A stretch of DNA of 39,653 nt from contig JBLIRO010000045.1 in the NCBI GenBank assembly GCA_049472335.1, forward strand, positions 1-39,653. Reading direction: 5' to 3'. Below, in pieces: positions 1 to 7,849 of the stretch. The notes under the pieces were generated by a model. The model saw only the letters and a program-made list of their open reading frames with translations, searched no databases and was not told the DNA's origin. The position numbers were made by a program, and so were the translations under genes. How positions within the stretch are numbered: position 1 is the stretch's first letter; every line of letters begins with the position of its first letter. The stretch is from a bacterium (GTDB taxonomy: Bacteria; SZUA-182; DTGQ01; JAFGSM01).

Positions 1-647
1 TCAAAGGTTGTTGCCATGCGGAATCCCAATCTTCCGTCTTCAGCAACCTCCGCATGATGCCCGTGTTTAGTCAGTACTTTACAGAATAATTCTTGGATCG
101 ATTCCTCATCGTCTACAATAAGAACCCGCTGGTTTGTTTTTTTTATCATATATTCAAATTTTAGTTTTTCTTTTTCTAATTTGCTTATTAAATTAATATC
201 TTTAGTTTCGTAACATTCTAATAAAATATTTTCAACATCTTGTATTAATTTTTTTAATCTCTTATCTAATTTTTCCAAAAAATCATTTAAACTATTCTTA
301 TATATTCTTGGGACATGAGTTCCGTCATATCCTTTATAATGATGAATTAAATTTGCCTCTACCGTGCTTCGTTCTTTATTGAATCCATATTTGATATCTT
401 CTATTTCATCATCATAATCCTCAAATAATCTATTGAGTTTTGTTGAAACTTTAACCAATTTAAACTTATTATTCTTTTTGTAATAAAAGAATCCTAAACG
501 AATAAGCCGAATAATATTAAAAATAATAAGTATAATTACAAACATGATATTAATTATTAGTAAAAACAAAGTCGTTTTTTTAAATAAGGGGGGCATATTA
601 GCCAATAAAGGTAATAAATTTTCTAATTTTAATGTAAAGTTCATCAT
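1..647 (-). CDS. Membrane protein with C-terminal response-regulator receiver domain (runs off the left edge)
   Basis: Hand translation, not in the ORF track: MMNFTLKLEN..., hydrophobic segment LFLLIINIMFVIILIIFNII, then RVLIVDDEESIQELFCKVLTKHGHHAEVAEDG (receiver N-terminus). An internal ATG at 147-149 could start a stand-alone receiver. Confidence 0.7.
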   Translation of the reverse strand, partial: MMNFTLKLENLLPLLANMPPLFKKTTLFLLIINIMFVIILIIFNIIRLIRLGFFYYKKNNKFKLVKVSTKLNRLFEDYDDEIEDIKYGFNKERSTVEANLIHHYKGYDGTHVPRIYKNSLNDFLEKLDKRLKKLIQDVENILLECYETKDINLISKLEKEKLKFEYMIKKTNQRVLIVDDEESIQELFCKVLTKHGHHAEVAEDGRLGFRMATTF

Positions 648-878
648 AATTTTTAGATAATATTTTTGTCAGGTACTGATTCGGTGTTGCAGCAATTTCC
701 GGCGCGATTTAGTAACTCTGTGCCTCCCGAGAAATCCGTCCTACTTGAAAACGTTGAACATTTTTAAACCACTAAAAAATTCTAGCTTAACCGGCATTTA
801 GCCCAAATTAATTACTTGCGAGGTTTTCGGGAACCATAAGCTAAAAAGATGAGGGAAAAGAAGAGTAATAAATTAAAT

Positions 879-1283
879 CTACTTTAACCACTCTACTGTA
901 ACTAAATGTTGAATTGATTCAAATTCGGGATCATTAGTAAGAATTTTACCACCAGATCGTTGTGCTGTCGCTATGCAGAAAGCATCTGCGTAAGAAACAG
1001 GATAATCAGATTTGATTTCGGCCGCCTCTTTTACTAAATCATCATCTACTGAAAGAATCTTTATAGGAAGCTGAATCAGAAGAACAAGAGCTTCTTCAGC
1101 TTTTCGTTTGCCTACATGTCTTTTGATAATGTAATAGAATTCTCCCCAATTTATAATATTAAGAAGAGCTTGTTTGCCGGAGGAAGATAGTTCATAAAAA
1201 AGCTTCTGAACTTTTTTCCACCCTGGCTCTTTGTGGAAAAAGCTTACTAACGCAAAGCTATCGAGAACAATAAGATCATTCAT
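879..1283 (-). CDS. vapC: VapC/PIN-domain toxin
   Basis: PIN motifs IVLDSFAL, NWGEFYY, SYADAF, LTNDPEF; overlaps the upstream antitoxin. Confidence 0.9.
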   Translation of the reverse strand: MNDLIVLDSFALVSFFHKEPGWKKVQKLFYELSSSGKQALLNIINWGEFYYIIKRHVGKRKAEEALVLLIQLPIKILSVDDDLVKEAAEIKSDYPVSYADAFCIATAQRSGGKILTNDPEFESIQHLVTVEWLK

Positions 1284-1509
1284 TTTTCAATTCTTTTCTA
1301 TGTTCTCTTATCAATTCTTCAGTAAGGGAAAAATTGCCTTTTATAAATCCACAGGCTTCTGCTATAGGATCCTCCGGAGCAGGCCTGATAATAAGACTGT
1401 CCGATTCTTCAAGAATCTGGACCTTTGTACCCGGTTTGATTCCATATTTATCCCTAATAGCTTTAGGAATTAAAATTTGTCCTTTAGTGGATACTTGTAT
1501 AACCAGCAT
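1276..1509 (-). CDS. AbrB/MazE/SpoVT-family antitoxin
   Basis: VSTKGQILIPKAIRDKYGIKPG motif; ATG at 1507-1509 follows a GGGAGA RBS and a TTGATA-17-TAGAAT promoter. Confidence 0.88.
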   Translation of the reverse strand: MLVIQVSTKGQILIPKAIRDKYGIKPGTKVQILEESDSLIIRPAPEDPIAEACGFIKGNFSLTEELIREHRKELKNE

Positions 1510-2104
1510 TAATTTCTTCTCCCTTTTTTGATTAATTCTAACACATACAAGATAAGTTATCAATTAATTTTTAAATCCTAAAATCTGAGATCGAGCAGGA
1601 AATTCCCCTAATTGTTTTTCCCGGAAATTCATTTTGCGAAAAATCGGTGAAGTAAAATTTCAGAAATTCGATTTCCAGGAATCTTTAGAAGGTAAAAGGA
1701 TCATTGTTCAAGTTACAGCAGTAGCTGTAATTTGATACAGCTATTCAAGTGGTGACAGCAGTCCCTTGATCGCTAAGGGAGAATTTTTTGAAAGGTTAAG
1801 CCGCCTTCCTCCGTTCATAATGATGATGAAAACCTTCCACCTCTGGAAGGTTATAGGGATAGGGGACGTATAGGGATAAGGGACGGAGTTAGTTTATTAG
1901 TTTATCTAAATTCTCCTCTCCCAAAATTTCTACGGATGCAATTAAGATCATAGAAAAAGTTAGAAAAAAAATGCTAAAAAGCCTATAAAATTTACTACTC
2001 AGATAAATGGACCCTTTCATTACCATAAAAATAGATTCGGTTTTATAATTCAAGTTGAAAAAATAGAATATTTTTTCTATTCAGATGAAATTTTGACAAG
2101 GCAC

Positions 2105-2235
2105 AGGCCTTATAAGGACAGAAAGAAATTTATGAAGACCTTATGCAGGAAAAACAGGGGTCCGGTATTTCAGATTCCATACTCTGAGACATTTTGCTGC
2201 CTCCATACTTGACAATGAGAATGTAAGTATTTACA
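2105..2235 (+). pseudogene. Tyrosine recombinase/integrase fragment
   Basis: Reads RPYKDRKKFMKTLCRK, then after a frameshift in the A-run near 2150, TGVRYFRFHTLRHFAASILDNENVSI (HxLRH catalytic box). No start and no catalytic Tyr region. Confidence 0.8.
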
Positions 2236-2457
2236 CAAAATCTCAAGATTTATGTACGATCCATCAAGAGGTATTGATTTGTCTACATTCGTGTAGACAA
2301 TATATCCATCACCGTTCATAATATTGAATTCATTTCCATATGGTATTCCATTTGGATCATAGCTTGTTGTTTGATAATTTCTTGTATTGATGTTATTAAC
2401 TATTATTTTTTAAAAATGGCTGATTTTTAGATATTTTGGAAAAAGTCACACCCAAAT

Positions 2458-2493
2458 AAAAAAAGGGATCAACCAAAATCAGCTAATCCCTTG
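2458..2493 (-). terminator. Rho-independent terminator downstream of the tRNA fragment
   Basis: Minus strand AAGGGATTAGC...GTTGATCCCTT followed by a T run. Confidence 0.7.
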
Positions 2494-2500
2494 ACTATTA

Positions 2501-2545
2501 TGGTGCGTCCGAGAGGACTCGAACCTCCGGCACATGGATTAGGAG
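2501..2545 (-). pseudogene. 3' half of tRNA-Arg(CCT), att-site core
   Basis: Minus strand CTCCTAA TCCAT GTGC CGGAGGTTCGAGTCCTCTCGGACGCACCA has the anticodon loop, T arm and CCA. The 5' acceptor strand and D arm are absent. Confidence 0.88.
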
Positions 2546-2977
2546 TTAATTCCCCTGAATTTGGGAACCTCCTCTATTTCAATAAGTTGCATAAAATACA
2601 AACACTTGTAATTGGCAGATTTTGTCATGTCTTTGTATATTTTTATATTTTTGTCAGATTTTGGACAAAAGTACCTCCCAAATCCAACAAAGGAATAGAG
2701 AAAAATCTATTTTGTTAAGCCATCAGACATGATTGAGACAGTCTCTTTGGAGACTTCCAATGTGGCCTTTCAACAAAATGATTTTGCCATGGTGATTGAA
2801 GGAGTTCCCAAGTAATCTTAATTGTACAAACATTCATCATATTGCATTGACAATATTATAACTTATTGGATATACTTTTTTTAATTGAAGTAAGAATTTT
2901 CATAATCAAATGCTTAAATTCGATATATCATCATTGATTTAAAACCTTTTATTTATGTTATTCAATGAGAATCTTCA

Positions 2978-3244
2978 GTGAGCAGATATAAAAAACTACT
3001 AGCAAAAATATTAAGAGGCACGTCTGATCGGGATATTCATTTTTCGGATATGTGTCAATTATTAAAAAGAATTGGTTTTGATGAACGTATTAAGGGTGAT
3101 CACCATATTTTTACAAAAGATTATATTGAAGAAATAATAAATTTACAGCCAAAAGGATCAAAATCAAAGCCATATCAAGTAAAGCAGGTTCGTAATCTCA
3201 TCCTTAAGTATAAACTAAGGCTGGAGGAAGAAAAAGATGAGTAA
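2978..3244 (+). CDS. hicA: HicA-family toxin
   Basis: GFDERIKGDHHIF and KPYQVKQVR motifs; overlaps hicB. Confidence 0.9.
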   Translation: MSRYKKLLAKILRGTSDRDIHFSDMCQLLKRIGFDERIKGDHHIFTKDYIEEIINLQPKGSKSKPYQVKQVRNLILKYKLRLEEEKDE

Positions 3245-3446
3245 ATATGAGATCATTATTTATTGGAGCAAAGATGATGAAGCATTTATTGCAGAAGTGC
3301 CTGAATTGCCTGGATGTATGGCTGATGGAAAGACGTATCAAGAAGCTATCTCAAATGTTGAAATTGTGATCAATGAATGGATTGAAACTGCAAAAAAATT
3401 GGGCCGTCCTATTCCGGAACCCAAAGGCCGATTAATGTATGCCTAA
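3237..3446 (+). CDS. hicB: HicB-family antitoxin
   Basis: FIAEVPELPGCMADGKTYQEA...GRPIPEP. Confidence 0.92.
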   Translation: MSKYEIIIYWSKDDEAFIAEVPELPGCMADGKTYQEAISNVEIVINEWIETAKKLGRPIPEPKGRLMYA

Positions 3447-3594
3447 TCAATTTTCTTTTGAATTAAAAATTCCTCTTTTTCGAGAAATTTGTTAAAAAAT
3501 GGGTCATGGTATTAATATGAACTGAAAAATAGACATAGAACTTACAAAAAAAGTCCCCCATCTTTTTGTTCAAAGGGTTAAAGTAATATATACA

Positions 3595-4540
3595 TTGTAT
3601 ATTGATCCCACGATTATAGATTTAAGTTACAAATCAGAGGCACTGATGACATATACCGGGGTAAAGGGAAATAGGCCGATATTAGTCGGATTAAGAGAGC
3701 TTCCTATTTTTGTGCATGCGGAATATAGGGAAGGCAATGCAATGAGAGGCATATTAAAGGCGGCAGAATCAGCTTATAAAATTGTAGAATCCGCTGGTAA
3801 AAAGATAAAACATTTTTCAGGGGACAGCGAATGTTATATAGCGGATTTAATCAATTTTTTGAGGTAAAAGGGGACACCATTCACGATCGTGGCAGATCAG
3901 GATGCTGCAGTTAAGGAAACAATAAATGCTATCCCGAAGGATGAATGGAAGCCATACATAGACAGATACGGCATAAAAACAGACAGAGAAATAGCGGTTA
4001 CCGTCCACAGCATGAACAAGACAGAGGCATTTACACTCATAGTGCTCAGATGGAAGGAAAAGACAAAACAACTAAGTTTATTCAAATCATCCGGATATTA
4101 CTATCATGCAATAGCCACAGACTTAGATATAGAAGCAGAGCGGGTTGTAGAGATTCATGGAGAAAGCATCCCGGAAGCATGTACAGGGAGGGGTATGGAG
4201 ATATAATGAGCGGGTTCAGATGGAGAATTTGATCAAGGAGCTTTAGATAGGTATAGGGATGGAGCACATGCCTTGCGGGAAGTTTGAAGCTAATGCGATG
4301 TATTTTGGTATAGGGGTATTAACCTATAATTTGATGGTGGCACAAAAGCATTTTGTCATAAAACAGGGATATGAAAATAAGACAATCCAGACCCTACGCT
4401 GGAAACTCATTCAGGTACCGGCAAGGATAATAAAGACCAGCAGGTATATCATATTTAAAATAGAAACCGTGGCAGAAAAATTTAACCATTATCTTGCGAT
4501 GATAAAAAGGATCGAATCGATAGCAGCCTTAATTGTCTGA
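3595..4540 (+). pseudogene. IS1380-family transposase, fragmented
   Basis: Three consecutive fragments (3595-3867, 3889-4206, 4259-4540) with YTGVKGNRP, EYREGN, GDSECY, PCGKFEANAMYF and TLRWKLIQVPARI; stops and frameshifts lie between them. Confidence 0.8.
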
Positions 4541-4610
4541 ACTGACAATTTAGATGAAACATATTTTTTGATGTTTCGGGGAGTGGTGTGTTTCGATTTT
4601 TCAGATAATA

Positions 4611-4639
4611 TTGACATGAGGCAGACATTGTCATAAAGT
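4611..4639 (+). promoter_or_regulatory. Sigma70 promoter with overlapping inverted repeat (TA operator)
   Basis: TTGACA-17-TAAAGT; TGACA...TGTCA palindrome; ATG 6 nt after the -10. Confidence 0.6.
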
Positions 4640-4645
4640 AATAAT

Positions 4646-4924
4646 ATGAGGGTATTTCGATGGAATAATGAGAAGAATGAATGGTTAAAAAAACATCGAG
4701 GAGTTTGCTTTGAGCAGGTTATTATATTGCTGAAACAAGAACATGTTCTTGAGGTGATTAAGCACCCAAACCCTGATAAATACTCAAATCAGATGATTGC
4801 AATAGTCAGAATTAATGATTACGTATACTTAGTTCCATATATACAAAAAGGAGAAGAGATATTTTTAAAAACCATAATTCCTAGTAGGAAAGCTACTAAT
4901 AAATATTTGGGGATAAGGAAATGA
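4646..4924 (+). CDS. BrnT-like toxin
   Basis: FRWNNEKNEWLKKHRGVCFE...FLKTIIPSRKATNKY. Confidence 0.85.
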   Translation: MRVFRWNNEKNEWLKKHRGVCFEQVIILLKQEHVLEVIKHPNPDKYSNQMIAIVRINDYVYLVPYIQKGEEIFLKTIIPSRKATNKYLGIRK

Positions 4925-5205
4925 AAAACAATGTGTTGTCTGATGAAGAAAGGGATATTTTAGATTCATATGATCGGGGAGAATGGAAACCTGTTAAAAA
5001 TTCAAAACAGGAAATCAAAAAACTCCGTGAGTATGCGACTAATACACTCCATAAAGACAAAAGAATAAATATTCGTATATCTTCAAAAGATTTAGATCAA
5101 GTCCAAGTAATTGCTGCTCAAGAAGGGATCCCTTATCAAACCCTGATATCCAGCATCATACACAAATATGTATCTGGATATTTAATTGAAAAAAAAATGG
5201 GCTAA
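4921..5205 (+). CDS. BrnA/CopG-like RHH antitoxin
   Basis: KDKRINIRISSKDL...GIPYQTLISSIIHKY; 4-nt overlap with the toxin. Confidence 0.85.
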   Translation: MKNNVLSDEERDILDSYDRGEWKPVKNSKQEIKKLREYATNTLHKDKRINIRISSKDLDQVQVIAAQEGIPYQTLISSIIHKYVSGYLIEKKMG

Positions 5206-5244
5206 CACTGCGCTTCACGGGAGCTTTCTCGTTCTGCATATAAA

Positions 5245-5493
5245 AAGAAATACGAAGTTGAACTTAAACCAAAAGCTATTAAGGACTTAAAAGATTTACC
5301 CAAAAAGGAAGGGAAAAGAATAATAGATAAATTGAAGCTTCTTGAAGATGACCTTCAGGGTAACGTAAAAAGATTAACAAACAATACGCCTGAATACAGA
5401 CTGCGGGTAGGAGACTGGCGTGTCCTTTTCGAAGTGGACGATAAAAAAATAATCGTTTATCGGATCCGTCATCGAAAAGAAGCTTATAAATAG
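5245..5493 (+). pseudogene. RelE/ParE-family toxin lacking a canonical start codon
   Basis: Hand translation KYEVELKPKAIKDLKDL...EYRLRVGDWRVLFEVDDKKIIVYRIRHRKEAYK*; AAG sits where ATG is expected; absent from the ORF track. Confidence 0.8.
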
Positions 5494-5502
5494 GAGGCTG
5501 TT

Positions 5503-5697
5503 ATGACTATTCATCCCCAAATTATAGAAAAAGACGGTAAAAAAGAATTTGTAATTTTACCCTACGAAGAATTTTTAAAAATTCTTGAGTCATTGGAAGA
5601 TCTCGAAGATTTAAAAGAATTGAGAACAGAAAAGGAAAAGTCGAAAGATTTACCTACAACACCACTTAATGAAGTAGTAAAAAAACTTAAGTTATAG
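5503..5697 (+). CDS. Antitoxin partner of RelE (Phd/YefM-like)
   Basis: QIIEKDGKKEFVILPYEEF...EDLEDLKEL; AGGAGG RBS; directly after relE. Confidence 0.8.
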   Translation: MTIHPQIIEKDGKKEFVILPYEEFLKILESLEDLEDLKELRTEKEKSKDLPTTPLNEVVKKLKL

Positions 5698-5739
5698 AAT
5701 AAGGGCAGAAAAATACATTAACGACAAAAGGGAGCATAA

Positions 5740-6240
5740 ATGATTATAAGAAAAGAATCGCTTTCAGATATTAATTCTATATCTGATGTTACAATAGCTG
5801 CATTTAAAACACTTGCTATAAGCAAAAATACCGAACAATTCATTATTAATGCATTGCGTTCAGCGAATGCCCTGACAATTTCTCTTGTTGCAGAGATTGA
5901 AAAGGAAATAGTTGCTCACATTGCATTTTCACCCGTAACTATTTCTGACGGCAGCTTAGGCTGGCATGGCCTTGGACCTATTTCTGTATTGCCAAAATTG
6001 CATAAACAGGGAATTGGAAAATCACTTGTTAATGAAGGATTGTCATTATTGAAAGATTTAGGAAGCAAGGGCTGCGTTCTTGTTGGAGATCCAAATTATT
6101 ATAAAAGGTTTGGATTTAAAAATTATCCGAAATTAATTCATGAAGGAATTCCACAAGAAGTTTTTCTTGCTTTACCATTCACCGAAGAAGTGCAGGAAGG
6201 TACAGTTCAGTTTCACCAAGCATTTTTGGCGAACGGCTAA
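5740..6240 (+). CDS. GNAT N-acetyltransferase (YhbS-like)
   Basis: LGPISVLPKLHKQGIGKSL acetyl-CoA motif and VLVGDPNYYKRFGF. Confidence 0.9.
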   Translation: MIIRKESLSDINSISDVTIAAFKTLAISKNTEQFIINALRSANALTISLVAEIEKEIVAHIAFSPVTISDGSLGWHGLGPISVLPKLHKQGIGKSLVNEGLSLLKDLGSKGCVLVGDPNYYKRFGFKNYPKLIHEGIPQEVFLALPFTEEVQEGTVQFHQAFLANG

Positions 6241-6321
6241 CAAAAACTTGAACCGTTGACCGCAAATGGTTCCCGGCGCTTGCGCGCCGCCATTTGCGGC
6301 AGGTTAAGTTTAGCGTTATAA
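6235..6321 (+). mobile_element. Integron attC site (intact)
   Basis: R'' GGCTAAC overlapping the stop codon, L'' CTTGAACC, stems CCGCAAATGG/CCATTTGCGG and GGCGC/GCGCC, L' GGTTAAG, R' GTTATAA. Confidence 0.88.
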
Positions 6322-6334
6322 GAAAAAAGAAAAA

Positions 6335-6646
6335 ATGAATAATTGGAATATTCCTGAATGGCTAGAAAAAGAAGTGCTTGCAAGAGGTAAAGTGTGTATA
6401 TACTGTGGTGTTAAATTTGGATCATCAAAAGAATCAAGGAAAACACAAGCAACATGGGAACATATAATTAACGATGCTAGTATAATTACCAGAGAAAACA
6501 TGGCTCGTTGTTGTGTCGCCTGTAATTCAAGCAAAGGAACTAAAAAACTTTCAGAGTGGATAAATTCTAAATATTGTAAAAATAAAGGTATAAATAAAAA
6601 TACCGTTGCTAATGTAGTTAAAGATGCTTTAAATAAAAACTTATAA
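6335..6646 (+). CDS. HNH endonuclease (gene cassette)
   Basis: CIYC...WEHI...CCVACNSSKG; bounded by GTTATAA (6315) and its complement TTATAAC (6641). Confidence 0.85.
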   Translation: MNNWNIPEWLEKEVLARGKVCIYCGVKFGSSKESRKTQATWEHIINDASIITRENMARCCVACNSSKGTKKLSEWINSKYCKNKGINKNTVANVVKDALNKNL

Positions 6647-6659
6647 CAAATCGTTATCC
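6641..6659 (+). mobile_element. Collapsed attC (R'' fused to R')
   Basis: TTATAAC-AAATC-GTTATCC; each core matches the far end of the adjacent cassette. Confidence 0.75.
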
Positions 6660-6685
6660 TAAAAAATTTTTTAAATAAACCATGC

Positions 6686-6714
6686 TTGATTAGTACATAC
6701 AAATAATGTACAAT
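6686..6714 (+). promoter_or_regulatory. Sigma70 promoter with inverted repeat (TA operator)
   Basis: TTGATT-17-TACAAT; GTACAT...ATGTAC palindrome; ATG 6 nt after the -10. Confidence 0.65.
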
Positions 6715-6720
6715 TGGAAC

Positions 6721-6999
6721 ATGAAATACGAATGGAATCCCCAGAAAAATGAAAGGTTAAAAAAAGAAAGAAAAATATCCTTTGAACAGGTTATTTTCCA
6801 TTTATCACAGGGCGATGTTTGGAAAATTGCGGATCATCCTGATCAAAAGAAATATCCTGGACAAAAAATTTATTTTGTTATCATTGAAGATTACATTTAT
6901 CTTGTTCCATATATCATTCAAAAAGATTATATATTTTTAAAGACCATTATCCCAAGTAGAAAAGCAACCAAGATTTACAAAAAAGAACAGGAGGATTAA
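6721..6999 (+). CDS. BrnT-like toxin (second paralog)
   Basis: MKYEWNPQKNERLKKERKISFE...FLKTIIPSRKATK; start moved to the ATG at 6721 by alignment with the first paralog. Confidence 0.85.
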   Translation: MKYEWNPQKNERLKKERKISFEQVIFHLSQGDVWKIADHPDQKKYPGQKIYFVIIEDYIYLVPYIIQKDYIFLKTIIPSRKATKIYKKEQED

Positions 7000-7000
7000 T

Positions 7001-7273
7001 ATGAAATATGATAAAGAGGAAAAAGATATCTTGGATGCCTATGAAAGCGGAAAGATGAAGATTTCTCCCCCAGCGAAAAAAGAAATAGAAGCCATTAAAG
7101 AAGCAGCACAGAATACATTTAAAAAAGATAAGCGAATCACTATACGACTTTATGACCACGATTTTAAAGGTATCCAGAAAAAAGCTATGGAAATGGGCAT
7201 CCCTTATCAAACACTTATTTCCGGGATAATTCACCGCTACATTGAGGGTGACCTAGTTACAAAAAGAGGATAA
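7001..7273 (+). CDS. BrnA/CopG-like RHH antitoxin (second paralog)
   Basis: KKDKRITIRL...GIPYQTLISGIIHRY; the stop lies in GGATAAC, complementary to GTTATCC at 6653. Confidence 0.85.
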   Translation: MKYDKEEKDILDAYESGKMKISPPAKKEIEAIKEAAQNTFKKDKRITIRLYDHDFKGIQKKAMEMGIPYQTLISGIIHRYIEGDLVTKRG

Positions 7274-7287
7274 CAAAAAAAGGATTA

Positions 7288-7380
7288 GTACAACACTTCA
7301 GTGAAGGCGACCTCACTTAGCTGTCCGTGAAATGGACAGCCTTTTGCTAAATGGGCGTGAGGCGCCTTACTTCAATCGTT
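7288..7380 (+). mobile_element. Integron attC site, R' interrupted by a MITE
   Basis: GTACAAC-ACTTC-AGTGAAGGCGACCTCAC...GTGAGGCGCCTTACT-TCAATC-GTT; inner stem GCTGTCC/GGACAGC. Confidence 0.82.
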
Positions 7381-7487
7381 GAGACTGTCGAAAAAGTCAA
7401 AATTTAGAATATTATATCTGTAACATCTTGATTTTATTGAATATGTTTTTTAGAAATTTGCAAAAAAGGGAGTTTTCCGACAGTCTT
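7381..7487. mobile_element. MITE with IS1182-like terminal inverted repeats
   Basis: GAGACTGTCGAAAAAGTC ... GAGTTTTCCGACAGTCTT, flanked by GTT on both sides; no ORF. Family assignment is from recalled IR style. Confidence 0.7.
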
Positions 7488-7651
7488 GTTATTTGAAAAT
7501 TAAATGAATGATTGATATAATTCTAAATAATGATGATATGAGAATAAAATGAACATTCTTTCCGGAACAGTTTCCCTTTCACTTTAATTCACATCCTGAT
7601 AATGATAATCTACAAAACTTAAATTAAAACAAGGGATTAATGTATAATTTT

Positions 7652-7749
7652 AAATAACCAGTTCATTCAGTCGCTTTCGGGCTTGGGTCTGAGTTTTAAT
7701 TTCGCATTGTTCCTTTGGCCCTCGTGGTGCCTGATGATTGTTGTTGCTG
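7652..7749 (+). mobile_element. Integron attC site (degenerate stem)
   Basis: R'' AAATAAC (complement of GTTATTT at 7488), L'' CATTCAG, L' CTGATGA, R' GTTGCTG; a further half-site GCTTAACTCTAC-GTTTTGG follows at 7757-7775. Confidence 0.65.
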
Positions 7750-7849
7750 CCAGTCAGCTTAACTCTACGTTTTGGGCACTCAGAAATGAAAATCTATAAC
7801 GTTTTAGCGACTAAGGTCAAGTTGCCCGCAGAAATGAGGAGGACTCACC

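Noticed and set aside
660..860. Relatively GC-rich intergenic stretch as a riboswitch or attC
   Set aside because: No convincing stem or conserved motif found by eye; an Rfam scan would be needed.
1852..1885. 17-nt tandem duplication TATAGGGATARGGGACG
   Set aside because: Only two copies; may be a REP-like end but no associated transposase is visible.
2105..2235. Integron integrase intI for the cassette array
   Set aside because: The fragment is too short to show the IntI-specific insertion, and its position beside a tRNA att site fits an island integrase.
2501..2580. Complete tRNA-Arg gene
   Set aside because: No 5' acceptor strand, D arm or 5' anticodon stem upstream of the loop.
2491..2718. 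75-aa ORF over the tRNA fragment
   Set aside because: Antisense reading of tRNA/att sequence (MVRPRGLEPP is a typical tRNA shadow translation).
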